64,000 nucleotides of DNA from an uncultured Chloroflexia bacterium (GCA_963763775.1 CAVXPZ010000001.1:288001-352000), one strand, 5' to 3'. Numbered from the stretch's first letter, positions 11,720-24,119 are shown. Notes: generated from the letters alone by a model not told the origin. Numbers and translations: made by a program.

Positions 11720-13263
11720 ATGCCCACCGACCTGACTCGCCTCCGCGCACACGAGCTCGCCGCGCTGCTGCGCGGCGGCGAGGTGTCGTCGAGGAGGCGA
11801 CGCGCGCGTCGCTCGACGCCGCCGAACGTGGGAACGGCGCCTTGAATGCCTGGCTCGCGATCGATCGGTCGCGGGCGACCGATGCCGCCGCGATCGCCGA
11901 TGAGCGGCTGGCCAGCGCCCGCGCCGAGGGCCCGGCCGCCGTCGCCGCCCTCCACCCGTTGCTGGGGGTCCCGATCGGCCTCAAGGACCTCGTCTCGGTC
12001 CGCGGCTGGCAGTGCACGGCCGGGTCGAAGATCCTCGACGGCTACATCGCGCCGTACGACGCCCACATCACCGAGCGGCTGCACGCCGCCGGCGCCGTCA
12101 TCGTCGGCAAGACGAACATGGACGAGTTCGCGATGGGCTCGTCGACCGAGCACTCGGCCTACGGCCCGGTCCGCAACCCGTGGGCGCTCGACCGCGTCCC
12201 CGGCGGCAGCAGCGGTGGGTCCGCGGCCGCCGTCGCCGCCTACCACGTCCCGCTCGCGATCGGCACGGACACGGGCGGGTCGATCCGCCAGCCGGCCGCC
12301 TTGACCGGGATCGTCGGCATGAAGCCGACGTATGGCCGCGTCAGCCGGTACGGCATCGTCGCCTTCGCGTCGTCGCTCGACCAGATCGGCCCGTTCGCCC
12401 GGGACGTCCGTGATGCCGCCGCCCTGCTCCACGCGGTCGCGGGCCGGGACCCTCGCGATTCGACGTCGTCGCCGGAGCCCGTGCCCGACGCGCTGCTCGG
12501 CCTCGCCTCGAGTGACGACGAGGCGGCATCCGCGCTGCGCGGCAAGCGGATCGGGCTCCCGAAGGAGTACTTCGTGGCCGGGATGGAGCCCGGGGTGGAG
12601 GCCACCGTGCGGGCGGCCGTGGCGGCGCTCCAGTCGGCTGGCGCGCTCGTCGAGGAGGTCAGCCTCCCGCACACCGATTACGGGCTCGCGACCTACTACA
12701 TCGTGGCGCCGGCGGAGGCGTCGGCGAACCTCGCCCGCTACGACGGCATCCGCTACGGACCGCGCCTCGGCGACGGCAGCGACGTCCTCGCCGGCTACCT
12801 CGCTACGCGGGGACAGGGGTTCGGGCCGGAGGTCAAGCGCCGCATCATGCTCGGCACGTACGCCCTGTCGGCCGGCTACTACGACGCCTACTACCTCAAG
12901 GCGCAGAAGGTCCGGACCCTCATCAAGGGCGACTTCGATGCCCTGTGGGCGCAGGGTTTCGACGCCCTGGTGGCCCCGACGAGCCCGACGGTCGCCTTCC
13001 CGCTCGGCGCCCGACTGGAGGACCCGGTGAGCATGTACCTCTCGGACGCGTGCACGTTGCCGGTGAACATGGCGGGCCTGCCCGGGGTGAGCATCCCGTG
13101 CGGCCTCTCCGACGGCCTCCCGGTCGGCCTCCAGCTCATCGGCGCCCCGTGGTCGGAGCCGAGCTTGTTCGAGCTCGCCCGGGGCTATGAGGGGATCACC
13201 GCCGACGCCGGCTGGCGGGCGCTCGAGCCGGCCGATCTCGCCGCCTCTAACGCCGGAGCGTGA
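11720..13263 (+). CDS. gatA: Asp/Glu-tRNA amidotransferase subunit A (frameshift near 11795)
   Basis: GKTNMDEFAMGSS, GGSSGGSA, GTDTGGSIRQP, EVKRRIMLG; N-terminus MPTDLTRL lies in a different frame. Confidence 0.95.
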
Positions 13264-13381
13264 CGGCCTTCGAGCCCGAAGCCTGGGGCGACGCCTGACG
13301 GTCGGAAGCGCCCGGCGAGAGGGGCCGGGCGGCCCTGTGCGCGGGAACGCCGGGCGAGCAGCATCGTGGCGGAGGTGACGC

Positions 13382-14275
13382 ATGCGCGTTCGTTTCATGC
13401 TGGCCGGCGTGGTCGTCGGCACCGCGGCGGGGATCGCCGTGTCGGAGGTCCGCCGCTGGTGGCGGAGCTGGGGGATCGATCCCGACGAGTCCGGTCGGAT
13501 CGCTCGCGGGCGACGATGTGGTCGCCGATCCGGTCGCGAGCGAGACCCGGGGGATCACGATCGACGCGACCCCGGAGCAGGTCTGGCCGTGGCTGGTCCA
13601 GATGGGCTTCGGCCGGGCCGGCTGGTACAGCTACGACCGGCTCGACCAGCGCGGCCAGAGCGCCGACGGCATCGTCGAGGCGTGGCAGTCGTTCAAGGTC
13701 GGCGACATCGTGCCGACGCATCCCGGCGGCGGCTTCGAGGTGGTCGAGATCCAACCCGCATCGGTCGATCGTCCTCCGCTCGGACACCGCCCTGGTGAAG
13801 GCGCAGGCCGACGCCTGGGCGAAGCAGCGGGGCGCCCGCACGGATGCGACCGAGGCGGCCGCCGAGGCGGCGGCGACATCGACCGCCGGTCTCGCCGCGA
13901 GTGGCGCGATCCTCGGGCAGACCCCGCAGCAGTTCTCGGCAAGCTGGGCCTTCGTCATCGAGCCGATGAGCGGCGGCCGGTCGCGGCTCATCGAGCGCTT
14001 CCGCGTCTGGTACGGCGAGTCCGGGATGGCGTCGCACGTCGTGATGCCGGTCGTCGGGTTCGGCGTGTTCGTGATGATGCAGCGTCAGATGGTGGGGATC
14101 CGGACGCGGGCGGAACGACTGGCCGTCGCACGGACGAGGTCCACGACGCCGCCGGCTCCGACCCCGGCCGACGCCGGCGAGCCGCGCGCGTCCGCCGAGC
14201 CGACGCCACCCAGCCAGGAACGGCCGCGACAAGGCGACGGAAGGCCCGGAGCTCGCGACGGCGACCGTCGACTGA
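13382..14275 (+). CDS. SRPBCC-like protein (frameshifts near 13500, 13760, 14215)
   Basis: TRGITIDATPEQVWPWLVQMGFGRAGWYSYD and SWAFVIEP..SRLIER pieces in successive frames; end inferred. Confidence 0.7.
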
Positions 14276-14336
14276 CGCGACCGCGCAAGCCAGGGGCTCG
14301 CCCCACGGCGGTCGGATGCCGTAGGCTCTCGGAGTC

Positions 14337-15557
14337 ATGACGACCGACCGCCGTGGCCCCGCGACCGAGACCATCCGACCGCCGCTCGCCGATCGGGCGC
14401 TGTCGCAGCGCGTCCTCGACGTCCCGCCGTCGGGGATCCGCAAGTTCTTCGACATCCTCGCGACGATGGACGACGTCATCAGCCTCGGGGTGGGGGAGCC
14501 GGACTTCGACACGCCGCGGGCGATCGTCGAGGCCGGGGTCGAATCGCTCCGCGAGGGCCGGACGCACTACACCTCCAACTACGGCACGCTCGAGCTGCGA
14601 CGGGCGCTGGCGGACCATCTCGAGCGGCGCTACGGCGTCCGCTACGACCCGGCGACGGAGATCCTGATCACGGTCGGCGCGTCCGAGGCCGTGGACCTGG
14701 CCCTGCGGGCGACGTGCGACCCCGGCGACGAGGTCATCCTCCACGAGCCCTCGTACGTGGCGTACGTGCCCGCGATCGTGTTCGCGGGCGGCACCGTCCG
14801 CCACGTGGCCACCCGGTTCGAGGACGACTTCGCGCTGGACCCCGCGGCGGTCGAGGCGGCGATCACGCCGCGCACGAAGGCCCTGTTCCTCGGCTATCCC
14901 TGCAATCCGACGGGCGCGGTGCTCCCGGTCGAGGTCCAGGACGCCCTCGCCGAGATCGCCGTGCGTCACGACCTGCTCGTCTACAGCGACGAGATCTACG
15001 ACCGGCTCGCGTACGGCACGTACACGCATCGGGCGATGAGCGCGCTGCCGGGCATGCGCGAGCGCACGGTCCTCATGGGCGGGTTCTCGAAGGCCTACGC
15101 GATGACCGGCTGGCGGGTGGGGTACGTGGCCGCGCCCGCGGCGATCCTCGAGGGCATCGTCAAGGTCCACCAGTACGGGATCATGTCGGCGCCGACGACG
15201 GCCCAGGACGCGGCCCTCGTGGCCGTGGTCGAGGGCGAGCCCGAGGTCGAGCGGATGCGCGCCGAGTACGACCGTCGACGCCGGCTCGTGGTCGACGGGC
15301 TCAACGCGATGGGCCTCGAGACCTTCGAGCCGCGCGGCGCGTTCTACGCCTTCCCGAAGATCACCTCCACGGGCCTCACCGACGACGAGTTCACCGAGCG
15401 ACTGCTCGTGGAGGAGCGCGTCGCGGTCGTCCCGGGGAGCGCCTTCGGGCCGTCCGGCGCCGGCCACGTGCGCATGTGCTACGCCACCTCGTACGAGCGG
15501 CTCGAGGAGGCGCTCCGGCGCATCGGCCGGTTCGTCGAGCGCGTCCGCCCGGCCTGA
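14337..15557 (+). CDS. Class I/II PLP aminotransferase (AspC-like)
   Basis: LGVGEPDF, PCNPTG, SDEIY, GFSKAYAMTGWRVG. Confidence 0.93.
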   Translation: MTTDRRGPATETIRPPLADRALSQRVLDVPPSGIRKFFDILATMDDVISLGVGEPDFDTPRAIVEAGVESLREGRTHYTSNYGTLELRRALADHLERRYGVRYDPATEILITVGASEAVDLALRATCDPGDEVILHEPSYVAYVPAIVFAGGTVRHVATRFEDDFALDPAAVEAAITPRTKALFLGYPCNPTGAVLPVEVQDALAEIAVRHDLLVYSDEIYDRLAYGTYTHRAMSALPGMRERTVLMGGFSKAYAMTGWRVGYVAAPAAILEGIVKVHQYGIMSAPTTAQDAALVAVVEGEPEVERMRAEYDRRRRLVVDGLNAMGLETFEPRGAFYAFPKITSTGLTDDEFTERLLVEERVAVVPGSAFGPSGAGHVRMCYATSYERLEEALRRIGRFVERVRPA

Positions 15558-15588
15558 CCCGGCCCGGGTCGGCCGGATCGGTCAGGCC
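15551..15588. terminator. Hairpin between convergent genes
   Basis: ggcctgacc...ggtcaggcc arms with an inner gacccgg/cgggtc inverted repeat. Confidence 0.45.
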
Positions 15589-16948
15589 AGCGTCTCGTCG
15601 TAGTCGATGCGCCGGCGCGGATGACGTCGCGCAGCCACCAGCCGCTGTCCTTGACGGTCCGGCGACCGCCCTCCCCGTCGAAGTCGACCCAGACGATCCC
15701 GAAGCGCTGCGTGTAGCCGGCCGCCCATTCGAAGTTGTCGAGCAGCGACCACGCGAAGTAGCCGCGGACGTCGCAGCCGTCGTCGATGGCCCGGGCGAGC
15801 TGGCCGACGTGCCCGGACGAGGTAGTCCACGCGGTCGGCGTCGTGGACGCGCCCGTCCGCGCCGGGGCCGGTCGGCTCGGCGCAGCCGTTCTCCGTGATG
15901 TAGATGGCGGGGTGGCCGTAGTCGCGGTCGACGCGCCGGACGATGCGGTACATGGCCGCCGGCCAGACCTCCCAGCCGAACGAGGTCCGGCGCCCGGGTC
16001 CCTCCAGCCGGCGTGACGAGGACGCGGGCGTCCGTGGGGTCGTGGGCGATGATCGCCCGCGAGTAGACGTTGAGCGCGATGAAGTCGAGGGTGGACGCCA
16101 TCGCCTCGAGGTCGCCGGGACGGATGTCCATCCGCGCCAGGACGGCGTCCTGGTCCGTGTACGCGACGGGGTAGCGCCCACGCAGCAGCGGGTCCAGGTA
16201 CCACGCGTTCACGCGCGCGTGGTGGCGCTCCGCGGCCGCGAGGTCGAGTGGGTCGTCCGTAGGCGGGATACGCCGGCTCCATGTTGAACGCCGAGCCGAC
16301 CGACGCCCCCGGGGCCGCCGCTCGCACGGCGCGGAGCGCCTCGGCGTGGGCGAGGTTCACCACGTGGCTCGCGCGCAGCGCCAGGTCGGGGTCGCGGAAG
16401 CCCGGCGCGTGCTCCCCGCTCGCGTGCCCCATGTCCACGAAGATCTGCGGCTCGTTGAGCACCGTCCAGGTCCCGACCCGGTCTCCCAGGCGGCGCACGA
16501 CGGCGTCCGCGTACTCGGCGAAGGGGCCGATGACGGCCCGGTCCGCCCAGCCGCCGGCATCCTGGGCCCACCCCGGCAGGTCCCAGTGGAACAAGGTCGG
16601 GAACGGGGCGATGCCGTTCGCGAGGAGCGCGTCGACGAGTCGGTCGTAGTGATCCAGGCCCGCGTCGTTGATGGCGCCATCCGCCGAGGGAACGACGCGC
16701 GGCCACGAGACGCTGAATCGATACGCACCGAGGCCGAGCTCGCGCAGGATCGCCACGTCCTCGGGATAGCGGTGGTACTGGTCGCAGGCCACGTCACCGC
16801 TGGATCCGTCGGCGATGTTCCCGGGCGCGTGCGCGAATCGATCCCAGATCGACTCGCTCTTGCCGTCGGCCTGCCACGCGCCTTCGACCTGGTAGGCGGA
16901 CGTCGCCGCGCCCCAGGTGAAGCCGCGTGGGAACGTGGTGTGCCTCAC
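15582..16948 (-). CDS. GH1 beta-glucosidase (several frameshifts)
   Basis: FTWGAATSAYQVEG, TVLNEP, YITENG, GYFAWSLLDNFEW split across frames. Confidence 0.92.
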
Positions 16949-17871
16949 CGTCCGGCCGGCTCGTGGATCGGCCAGGAGAGCGCGTCCCGCCAGCGCATCG
17001 AGTCGCCCGAGGGGACGTCGCGGACCTCCCAGCGCTCCAGCAGGGTCGTCGAGGCGCCCGGCGCGAGGGCCTCCATCGGGCCGAGGACCTCCAATTCGAT
17101 GAATCGCGAACCGCAGAAGGTCTCGACGTTGCACCCGAGGTCCGGGTACGGGGCGCCGGCGACCGGTTCGAACCGGCGCACGATCGCGATCCCGTCGCGG
17201 ACGTAGGCGACCCAGCCGGAGTCATCGAGGCAGCCGACCTTCAGGTCCGTGCCCGCCTCGGCGTCCACGGTCACCAGGCCTTCCCGGATGCGGAGGCGCG
17301 GGTCGTCCAGCGACGCGTAGGGCCACAGCACCAGCGAGCGGTTCGGCCGCGTCTCGTGCCCGGCGACCGCCTCGCGCAGCGGCAGCAACGCCTGGCCGCC
17401 GAGCGGCAGCTGGGTGATCGACCACGGCGCGAGCTCGAGCGGGTGCGACCCGCGGTTCTCGACACGGTGCAGGACGGACAGCGACGGCAGCGCCGGGTCG
17501 AGCCGCACCTCGATCGAGCGGACGCACCCGGTCCTGGACTCCTCGGCCCCGGTCAGCCGCACGCCGTCGGCGAGCGGGAGGACCGCGAGACCGTCGGAAT
17601 CCGGGATGGCGGCCTGCTCCGAGTCCTCGGGCGCCAGCCACAGCCGATGTCCGCCGAGCAGCTCGTACCGTCCGAGGGCCGTCTCCCAGCCGAGGTCCGG
17701 CGTCTCGGCGAGCAGGTTGGCCGGAGCGCCGGCACGACGGAGGCCGACGATCCGCGGGCCGGCCGCCGCCAGCATCTCGACCACGATGGCGCCATTGGCG
17801 ATGCGCACGGTCGGTCGTCCGTGGAAGTCCCCGGTCGTGGACCGGACGCCGGTGTCGTCGGACCCGATCAT
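16945..17871 (-). CDS. Hypothetical protein, DUF4380/mutarotase-like fold suspected
   Basis: ATG overlaps the GH94 stop; GPRIV, GGHRLWLAPE, APWSITQ, ELEVLGP. Confidence 0.7.
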   Translation of the reverse strand: MIGSDDTGVRSTTGDFHGRPTVRIANGAIVVEMLAAAGPRIVGLRRAGAPANLLAETPDLGWETALGRYELLGGHRLWLAPEDSEQAAIPDSDGLAVLPLADGVRLTGAEESRTGCVRSIEVRLDPALPSLSVLHRVENRGSHPLELAPWSITQLPLGGQALLPLREAVAGHETRPNRSLVLWPYASLDDPRLRIREGLVTVDAEAGTDLKVGCLDDSGWVAYVRDGIAIVRRFEPVAGAPYPDLGCNVETFCGSRFIELEVLGPMEALAPGASTTLLERWEVRDVPSGDSMRWRDALSWPIHEPAGR

Positions 17872-20362
17872 GCCAGCCGGACCTCGACCCGCACCGTCGG
17901 CGTGCCGGCTTCGGGGAGCGCGATCAGCGTGCCCTCGATCGGGCGGCCGTCGACGACGACCTCGACTCGGGGGCCGCCAGCGGCCGTGTCGACGCCATCG
18001 GACGCTGACGGCCGCGTCACGGCCGCCGCGTCGCTGGACCTCGATGTCGTAGGTCGTGCCACGGAAGCGCCGGGTCGCCCGGAACGAGGTCCAGGACTCG
18101 GGGACGACGGGCTCGATCCGCAGGCCGTCGTGCTCGGGCCGGATGCCGAGGATCCACTGGCTGATCGCGACCATGTTCCAGGCGGCGGTCCCGGTCAGCC
18201 ACGAGTTCTTGGCCTCGCCTGGTGTCGGCGCGTCGCGCCCCGCGATCATCTGCGCGTAGACGTACGGCTCGCACCGGTGGACCTCGGAGATCGCCTCGCG
18301 CGCGGACGGGTTGATCCGCAGGTAGTAGTCGAGCGCCCCGTCGCCGTTCCCCACGATCGCCTCCGCGATCATCATCCAGGGGTTCGTGTGGCAGAAGATG
18401 CCGGCGTTCTCCTTGTAGCCCGGCGGGTACGACGAGATCTCGCCGAGCTCGAGGTGGTAGGTCGCGTAGGCGGGCTGCTGCAGCACGATCCCGTGCGGCG
18501 TCGCCAGCTGTTCCCGCACCGACGCGACCGCGGTCCGGGTGCGCCCGTCGTCGAGGCCCACGCCGGCCATCGCCATCAGCCCCTGCGGCTCGATGAAGAT
18601 GCGGCCCTCGTCGTTCTCGGCCGAACCCACGACCCGTCCGGCGTGGTCGTACGCCCGCCGGTACCAGGCCCCGTCCCATCCGTGGGCCTCGATGGCGGCC
18701 GTCATCGAGGCCGCGGCGGCGGCGCAGCGGGACGCCTCCGGACCGTCGCCGACCAGCCTGGCGATCGCCTCGGCCTCGCGAGCGGCAAGGACGAAGAGCC
18801 CGGCGATGAACACGGATTCGGCCACGCCGCCGGGCCGGTTCGGTGCCGTCTGGAAGGACTCGCCGGGTCGGTCGGAGAACACGTTGAGGTTGAGGCAGTC
18901 GTTCCAGTCGGCCCGCCCGATGAGCGGCAGGCCGTGGGGGCCGAGGCGCTCGAGCGTGAAATCGATGCAGCGGCGCAGGTGGTCGCGGAGCGGCGTCGCC
19001 GAGCCCGGCTCGTTGTCCCACGGCACATCCTCATCGAGGATCGCCACGTCGCCGGTCTCCTTGAGATAGGCGGCGACGCCCAGGACCAGCCACGCCGGGT
19101 CGTCGTTGAACCCGGATCCGACGTCGTGGTTGCCGCGCTTCGTCAGCGGCTGGTATTGGTGGTAGGCGCCGCCGTCGGGCAGCTGGGTCGCGGCGATGTC
19201 GAGGATCCGCGCCCGCGCTCGCCCCGGGACCATGTGGACGAAGCCGAGCAGGTCCTGGTTGGAGTCGCGGAACCCCATCCCGCGCCCGATGCCCGACTCG
19301 AACATGGACGCGGATCGCGACAGGTTGAACGTGACCATGCACTGGTACGGGTTCCACGTGTTGACCATCCGGTCGACGTGCGGGTCGCCGGTGGTCACCT
19401 GGAGCGTGTCAAGGCGCTCCGTCCAGCCGGCCCGCAGCGTGGCGAGGTCCTCGTCGGCCTGCCCCGCGCGTCGATAGCGGTCGATCACGGCCCGGGCCCG
19501 CGCCGTGTCGGGTCGGCGGGAGCCGGGAGGGTCGTACTTGTGGTCGGCGGGGTTCTCCGTGTAGCCGACCAGGAAGGTCACGTCGCGCGTCTCGCCCGGT
19601 TCGAGGACGAGGGCCGTCTGGAGCGCCCCGATCGGCTGCCAGCCGTGGGCGATCGAGTCGGTCATCCGCCCGGCTTCCACGGCGGCCGGCCGGTCCCAGC
19701 CGCGGTACGCGCCGAGGAACGCCTCCCTCGATGTCTCGTACCCCGACACCGGCGCCGAGCACGCGAACCAGGCGTAGTGGTCGCGGCGCTCGCGGTACTC
19801 CGTCACGTGGTAGACGACGCCGTCCTCGACGTGGACCTCGCCGGTCGACAGGTTCCGCTGGAAGTTCGTCGCGTCGTCCTGGGCGTCCCAGAGGCAGAAC
19901 TCCACGGCGCCGAACAGGGACAGCCGCGCGGTGGCCGACCGCTCGTTCGTGACGCGGGTCCGCCAGAGCTCGAGGGTCTCCCCGGGCGGCACGAGGTACG
20001 TCGTCTCGACGCGGATCCCGCCGCGGGCGGCCGCGATGATCACGGTGTACCCGAGGCCGTGCCGGCAGGTGTAGTCGTCGAGTCTCCCGCTGGGTCGGCT
20101 GCCAGCCCGGGTTCCAGTAGTCGCCCGTCTCGTCGTCGCGGACGTAGAGGAACCGGCCGCCCACGTCGAGCGGGGCGTTGTTGTAGCGGTAGCGGATCAG
20201 CCGGCGCAGCCGCGCGTCGCGGAAGAAGGCGTAGCCGCCGGCGGTGTTCGACACGAGCGCGAAGTAGTCCTCGCTGCCGAGGTAGTTGATCCAGGGCAGC
20301 GGCGTGTCCGGGCGGGTGATGACGTATTCGCGGCGCTCGTCGTCGAACTGGCCGTAGCGCAA
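17868..20362 (-). CDS. GH94 cellobiose/cellodextrin phosphorylase (frameshifts near 20085 and 18010)
   Basis: ITRPDTPLPWINYLG, GRGMGFRDSNQD, GRADWNDCLN, GYKENAGIFCH, NSWLTGTAAW. Confidence 0.92.
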
Positions 20363-20426
20363 CCGAGAACTCCTTCGTCCGGGGGCGTCTGGGACCCGGT
20401 TCCGTGCTGGCGGCCGCGCGGCCGGA

Positions 20427-21533
20427 CTACTTCTCCACTCCGGTGATGACGACGCCGCGCATGAACGCCCGTTGAGCGAACAGGAAGACCACGATCGGGA
20501 CGGCCATCGTCAGCAGCGCAGACGCCTGGATGAGCGTCGGCTGGCTCGCGTACAGCGCGTTGTACTGCTGGATCGCGATCGACATCGGCTGCAGCTCGGG
20601 CTTGCTCCCGAGATAGAGCAGCGGCATGAAGAAGTCGTTCCAGGCGAAGAAGAAGTGGAACAGGCTGACCGCGGTGATGGCGGCGACCGACTGCGGGACG
20701 ATGATCGACCGCAGGATCCGGAACGGCCCGGCGCCGTCGATCATCGCCGCCTCGTCGAGCTCGCGCGGGATCGACAGGAAGTACTGGCGCAGCAGGAACA
20801 CGTTGTAGGCGTTGGCGAAACAGTGCGGGATGATGAGCGGCAGCCACGTCCCGTTCCAGCCGATCGACGTGAAGAGCACGTACTGCGGGAGGAGCGTGAC
20901 CTGGAACGGCAGGATGATCGTCGCGATCAGCACGATGAAGAGGACGTTCTTGCCGGGGAACCGGAACCGCGCGAACCCGTAGGCGACCAGGATCGACGAC
21001 GTGACCGCGCCGAGCGTGCTGAGCAGCGCGATCCCGAAGGTGTTGCGCAGGAGCCGCGGGAAGTTCAACTGGTTCCAGGCGGTCGTGAAGTTGTCGATGA
21101 GCGGAGCGAACGTCCACGCCTGTGCCAGCGTCCGCCAGCGGCCCGTCCACTCGATCGGCGTCTGGCTCGGGTCGGTCGGGTCGATGAAGGTGCTCGACTC
21201 TCGTCCGGCCTCGATGAGGATGAGTTGCCGGGTCGACCCGTCCGGGAACGGGACCGTGTAGACGGGGTAGTCCTGGCCCTGGTACTGGGCGGTCTGCGGG
21301 GAGGCCGGCCAGACCGGCGCTCCCGGGGTCGTCGACTGCCCGGGCTGCTGGAAGGCGGTCGTCACCATGTACAGCATCGGCAGCAGGAGCGCGCTGATGA
21401 TGACGAGCGCGAACATGAGCAGCATCGATCGCGCGAGGAACCGGCGGTACGAGCGCGCGACCGGCCCGCGTTCGCTGAAGGCCCGGCCGCGAGACCGCTC
21501 GCGCGACTCCTGGGGCTTCGCGGTCGCCGTCAT
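20427..21533 (-). CDS. Carbohydrate ABC transporter permease
   Basis: ELDEAAMIDGAG EAA loop; TM helices. Confidence 0.92.
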   Translation of the reverse strand: MTATAKPQESRERSRGRAFSERGPVARSYRRFLARSMLLMFALVIISALLLPMLYMVTTAFQQPGQSTTPGAPVWPASPQTAQYQGQDYPVYTVPFPDGSTRQLILIEAGRESSTFIDPTDPSQTPIEWTGRWRTLAQAWTFAPLIDNFTTAWNQLNFPRLLRNTFGIALLSTLGAVTSSILVAYGFARFRFPGKNVLFIVLIATIILPFQVTLLPQYVLFTSIGWNGTWLPLIIPHCFANAYNVFLLRQYFLSIPRELDEAAMIDGAGPFRILRSIIVPQSVAAITAVSLFHFFFAWNDFFMPLLYLGSKPELQPMSIAIQQYNALYASQPTLIQASALLTMAVPIVVFLFAQRAFMRGVVITGVEK

Positions 21534-22486
21534 CGATCGTCACCCGCGTAGTACACCCGCCGCCGGGCGAACCCGAACAGCAACAGCGTCAGCACCAGCA
21601 CGATGACGAACAGCAGCCAGGCGATCGCCGCCGCGTAGCCCATGTGGTTGAACACGAAGCCTTCGCGGAAGAGCACGAGATTGATGAAGAGCGTGGCGTT
21701 GTTCGGGTCGCCGCGGCCGTTCGTCATCACGTAGGCCTGCGTGAAGTACTGGAACGTGCCGATCAGGACGATCACGAGGTTGTAGAACAGCACCGGCGAG
21801 ATCAGCGGGATCGTGATCCGCCGCAACGATTGCCAGGCGCCCGCACCGTCGATCCGAGCCGCTTCGTACAGCTCGGTCGGCACCGACTGGAGGCCGGCGA
21901 TGTTGATGATCATGAAGTTGCCGATCGCCCAGAGCCCGATGATCGAGAGCGCCGGGTAGATCCACGTCTCGCTGTTGATCCAGTCGGGCCGCGGTAGCCC
22001 GAGGGACCCGAGGATCTGGTTCATCCACCCGGTCTCGGTGTTGAGGAAGCCCATCCAGACGAGCGTCGAGGCGACGAGCGGGATCATGATCGGCAGGTAG
22101 ACGAGCGTGCGCAGCGCGCCCTTGGCCGGGAGCTTGGGATGGTTGAGCAGGAGGGCGAACCCGAGGCTCGCGCCCATCGTGATGGGGATCGCGATGAGCG
22201 CGAACTTGAAGGTCGCGATCAGCGACTGGCCGATCGTCGGGTCGTTCGTCATCCGGACGTAGTTGTCGAGGCCGATGAACTTCGTCGTTTCCGGATGGAC
22301 GAGGTTGAAGTCGGTCAACGACATCACGAACGACGCGATCATGGGACCAGCGATGAACAGGACGAGGCCGATCAGCCATGGCCCGACGAACACGTAGCCC
22401 CAGAACGCCTCGCGCACGGATGGCCGAAGCACGAACCGCGACGACGGGTTCCCGGGGCTGGGCAGCTCCTCGATCGTCGGGGTCAT
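21530..22486 (-). CDS. Carbohydrate ABC transporter permease
   Basis: ELYEAARIDGAG EAA loop; TM helices. Confidence 0.92.
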   Translation of the reverse strand: MTPTIEELPSPGNPSSRFVLRPSVREAFWGYVFVGPWLIGLVLFIAGPMIASFVMSLTDFNLVHPETTKFIGLDNYVRMTNDPTIGQSLIATFKFALIAIPITMGASLGFALLLNHPKLPAKGALRTLVYLPIMIPLVASTLVWMGFLNTETGWMNQILGSLGLPRPDWINSETWIYPALSIIGLWAIGNFMIINIAGLQSVPTELYEAARIDGAGAWQSLRRITIPLISPVLFYNLVIVLIGTFQYFTQAYVMTNGRGDPNNATLFINLVLFREGFVFNHMGYAAAIAWLLFVIVLVLTLLLFGFARRRVYYAGDDR

Positions 22487-22530
22487 GACCTGTCGGCTCC
22501 GTGGGGTGGGGCGTGCGTGGATGAGGATGT

Positions 22531-22568
22531 CGACCCCCGGGCGGACGGGGGGATCCGCCCGGGGGTCG
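22531..22568 (-). terminator. Intercistronic hairpin after sugar-binding protein gene
   Basis: Perfect 15-bp stem cgacccccgggcgga/tccgcccgggggtcg with 8-nt loop. Confidence 0.65.
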
Positions 22569-22585
22569 CTGGAGGAGGGAGGCTG

Positions 22586-24119
22586 CTAGGGGTTCTTGTC
22601 CGGGGCAGCGTCGAAGATGCCCTGGAGCGTGGTCTGGAGCGTATCGAGGTCGGCGTCGATGTCGGCGCTCTGCGCCGTGCGGTAGCCGACACCGAACTTC
22701 TGCCAGGCGGCCTTGCTCTTGGCATAGTCCGGGACCCACGCCTGATGGTTGGGGATGTCCGGGTAGCCGAGCATGGCCGTCGGGACGGACCAGTCGAGCT
22801 TGGCCTTCGGGTAGGCCTTGTTGACCGAGTCCATGAACGGCTGCTGCAGGGACGTGTCGGCCGGCATGGCGCCGTAGATCGTCGCCAGGTCGCCCGAGGC
22901 GGCAAGCGCGGACAGGACGGCGAACGCCTGGTCCGGGTGCTTGGTGGTCTTGAGCATGCTGAACGTGTCCGCGTGCAGCTTGGCCGTGGTGACGCCGTTG
23001 TACGACGGGGCGACAGCCCAGCCGAAGTTGTCACCGACGATCGGCTTGGCCGGAGCCCCCGGGTTCACGCAGCACGTGTACCAGGTGTGGATCTCGGTCA
23101 TGGCGAGGTTGCCCGACTGGAACTCGTTGCCCTTGGCCAGCAGGTCGCTGTTGACCTGGTTCTGGTTGGGGATGAAGTGGTCCTTCCAGACGCCGTCGTT
23201 GAACCAGTGGATGCCCGTGCGCGTCGCGTCGGGGATCTGTGCGGTCTTGCCGTCGGCGGCAAGGAAGGAGCCGGGGCCGAACAGGGCCGTCTCGGCGATC
23301 GGGGCGTTGTCGGCCCACTGGGAGTCGAAGCCCCACTGGACGATCGTTCGTCGGGTCGAAGTCGGCCGACGTGGCGTCGTTGCCGTTCTTGTCGACGGTC
23401 AGCTTCATGCCGAGGTCGCGCACGGCCGCCATGTCCCACGGCTTGCCCTGGTAGAGGTCACCGACCTTGGTCGGCGGGTACGGGAGCTTGGCCTCGTCGA
23501 AGAGCTTCTTGTTGTACCAGAGCATCGACGGATACGTCCCGAACGGCACGCCGATGGTCGAGCCGCCCTTGCCGATCTTGAAGAAGTCCTTCATGGCGTC
23601 CGGGTACTTGCTCATGTCGTAGCCGGTGGAGTCGATCTGCGGCTGCAGGTCGGCCAGCTGGTCGATGAACAGGTTCAGGCCCTCGACACCGACCGGGCCG
23701 ATGATGTCCGGCGCGTTGCCGGCGGCGATCTGCGTCTTGAGGATGTTGGCCGCGACCTTGTTGTCGTAGATCTCGAGCGAGATGTACGCCTTGTCCTTGT
23801 TCGCGGGGTCGTTGTTGAACTTGTTGACGAAGTCCGACTGGACCTGGATCTGCTGGGGCTGACCGCCCGCGCCAAGGCCGACGAACCAGCGGATGATCTG
23901 TCCGCCGTTGGGGCCGGGGACGCTCGCGTCGATCGGGGCCGGGGTCACGAGCGGGGTCGGCTCCGGGGTGACGGCCGCCGAAGCGGCTGCTGACGGCGCG
24001 GCGCTGGGGGCGGTACTGGCCGATGGGGACGTGGCTGCGGCGCCGCAGGCCGCCGCCACGATGGCGATGACTCCGGCGAAAGCGAGCAACGCTCGCGGAC
24101 CGGATCGAGTCCTAAACAT
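22586..24119 (-). CDS. Sugar ABC substrate-binding lipoprotein (frameshift near 23345)
   Basis: Lipobox VAAAC; AAGNAPDII; LWYNKKLFDEA; C-terminal half lies in the 22586 frame. Confidence 0.88.

Noticed and set aside
11780-11810. Programmed frameshift or pseudogenisation of gatA
   Set aside because: No slippery site; essential gene within a zone of many similar single-base indels
16945-20043. Apparent 1032-aa GH94 fusion to an unknown domain
   Set aside because: Produced by an indel near 18010; the true GH94 end lies in the 17868 frame with an ATGA overlap to the next gene
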